DNA of 64,000 nt, from the NCBI RefSeq assembly GCF_032444005.1, contig NC_091286.1, positions 708,474,001-708,538,000 of the forward strand, read 5' to 3'. Shown in pieces: positions 62,131-64,000 of this stretch (the stretch's first letter is position 1; the number at the start of each line of letters is the position of its first letter). The notes beneath the pieces are model-generated. The model was not told where the DNA came from, searched no databases, and saw only the letters and a program-made list of their open reading frames with translations. This stretch comes from Ranitomeya imitator (lineage: Eukaryota). The translations under genes were made by a program, and so were the position numbers.

Positions 62131-62355
62131 ATGAATGTGTCACACGAATTTATGTCTTTTTACATCAACTAAGGAACTTGCCCCTCAGACCAAGAAGGGT
62201 CATCACAACAGAGACCATAATCACAGGACAATACAACAATCCTTATCTAAGAATTGGCCCAATATTTATGGACGTAACTGTTTATCTGGTAATTCTGCTT
62301 CATGTCACCTGGCTTATCCATGGTTTTTTTTTCCCCTTTTTTTTCTTCTATACTA

Positions 62356-63147
62356 CCCTGTTTCCCCGAAAGTAGGACCCCCCCGAAAGTAAGACAGGGT
62401 GGGGGTTTCGGGGGGGTCCTCCAATGTAAGGCCTCCCCCGAATGTAAGGCAGGGTTGGGGGGGCCGCTGTGAAATGTAAGGCCCTTACCTTTGGGCCGCC
62501 GCTGTCCCCCATTGGGTCCCCAGGCTCCAGAGGTGTCCTCAGGTGCAGCTGGGCGGGTCCAGCGCTCATGGGGTTAACTCGCCGTGTTAACCCCGCAATC
62601 CGCCCAGCTCAACAGCTCATTGGCCGCCCCTGCTCCCCACGTCACCGCCGGCCCCCGGCTCGAGCGCTGATTGGCCAATCAGCTCGAGTGCTGATTGGCC
62701 CAGCAGCTCGGGCTGTAATTGGCCGCCCCAGCCTCACGTCACCGCTGTTTCCCTGCTGATTGGCACAGCGTTCCCTGCAGCACAGGCCTTCCGCACCCAC
62801 AGCCGCACAGCAGAGAAAAACGTCCAGCATTTAAAAACCAAGTAGGGAAACATGTACTGTATAGGGTATGGGGCTGTGTGCAGTGGGATACGGCACTGTT
62901 ATGGTATGCAGGCAGAGGGTATACGGCAATTACCGTACAGTACCGTACCGTAGTGTGTTACTGTTACCGTACTTTGATTTGTTATCTGCTTTCCAGTTGA
63001 ACGGTGTAACATTAAGTACTGTACTGAATTTGAAAATTGTCATTTTTTTTTCCGGCTAATGTAAGACCTCCCCCGAAAGTAAGACAGGGTGGGACTTTTT
63101 GGGGTAAAATTAATGTAAGACAGGGTCTTACTTTCGGGGAAACACGG
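62356..63147. mobile_element. Tigger/pogo-like MITE
   Basis: TIRs cc(c/g)tgtttccccgaaagta, TA TSDs at 62354-55 and 63148-49, internal repeats of cccgaaagtaagacaggg. Confidence 0.85.
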
Positions 63148-63149
63148 TA

Positions 63150-63340
63150 TGTTGTGCATAAATATGTGATTCTTCAGAATGTCTTTGCCTGATGAAGAGA
63201 CGTATGTAGTCTCGAAAGCTGCAATTTGTTACCATCTTTTCAGTTAGCCATTAAAAGGTATCAACCACTGAGGACTCTCAATTCTAAATATTTTTCTATC
63301 CACTGGCTAACACGGTACCAAGATATATTTCTTTCCTGTA
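63150..63340 (+). mobile_element. Penelope terminal-repeat fragment with a hammerhead motif (63185-63224)
   Basis: TTGC-CTGATGA-A-GAGAC(gtatgta)GTCTC-GAAA-GCT-GCAA; related to the minus-strand 56835-56920 segment. Confidence 0.7.
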
Positions 63341-63482
63341 ATAAACTATGTAAGATTCACTTTTTGTATTGAGGAAATGAAATAAATTCACTTTTTAATA
63401 TTCTAATGTTGTGATATGCACCTGAGTATATATATATCACACACAGTTATGGCCAGAAACGTTGGCACCCTTGAAAATGTTC

Positions 63483-64000
63483 AGTGGGATGAGCCCAGGC
63501 CAGTGCGGTCTTTTTAAAGACAGCCAGGCCAGCGGATGAGCACTCACTGACCCCCGTGTCTCCACACTTGGCGGCAGCAGTGGGATACTACTCCGCTCAG
63601 CTGATCAGTGGGAGCTGATGGGGCTGGTGTGCGCAGACCATAGGTGAGGCATACACAGTAGGCTGCTGAAGCCATCATGTCCAAACCCCCCCTCGTCCTT
63701 GAAATAAGGAGAGGAGTAGATATACAGCCTCAACGGGAAACTGCACCTACATGACCTGTGCCAGCTTTGATGGATCAAATACTGAGCCACCAACACTGTC
63801 AGATTTGATCCAGGAATTGGTCCTTTGGGATGCCTAGAAGGTCGTCGAGAACGATAAGGTTGACCAAGAGGAATTGAACTGTATGTCAAATCAAGGAAAC
63901 AGTGTAAGTCTGGAATCAAATACCCAGTCCCAAGCAGCCCGGATCCAGGAGTTGTTGGCACTGTGACCTGAAGCCACAAACTGGGAGAGGGCTTGTGCTA
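63483..64000 (+). mobile_element. Family B LTR end, PBS and start of gag region (runs off the window)
   Basis: LTR ends ...ctccaca at 63566; PBS TGGCGGCAGCAGTGGGAT at 63569-63586 (tRNA-Leu type); downstream homology to 61680-61950 (-). Confidence 0.75.

Overview
Eukaryotic, repeat-saturated vertebrate DNA. The repeat families look anuran, plausibly a dendrobatid-like frog (inference, no database search). One host gene is recognisable on the minus strand: gtf3c2 (TFIIIC 110-kDa subunit). Seven coding exons (28357-28069, 24884-24477, 20917-20683, 20438-20171, 6095-6001, 5925-5848, 5459-5361) have GT-AG junctions that join in one reading frame; the WD40 exons must lie left of the window. A CpG/CCAAT/CRE/YY1-rich, probably bidirectional promoter at about 54.7-55.1 kb may supply a non-coding first exon. 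The rest is transposons and tandem repeats: L2 LINEs, three large Tc1 elements, a Gmr1-type Gypsy element (IN before RT), DIRS gag, ERV pol, piggyBac, Helitron, Harbinger/Tigger MITEs, Penelope-like elements with hammerhead ribozyme motifs, minisatellites, kb-scale polypurine tracts and a 128-N gap. The most interesting observations are a chimeric duplicated N-terminal gtf3c2 exon, a TSD-flanked palindromic Penelope insert with hammerhead cores on both strands, a twin-priming-like inversion in a Penelope element, and an LTR element whose flanks do not match. Nearly all long ORFs in the ORF track are repeat artefacts.
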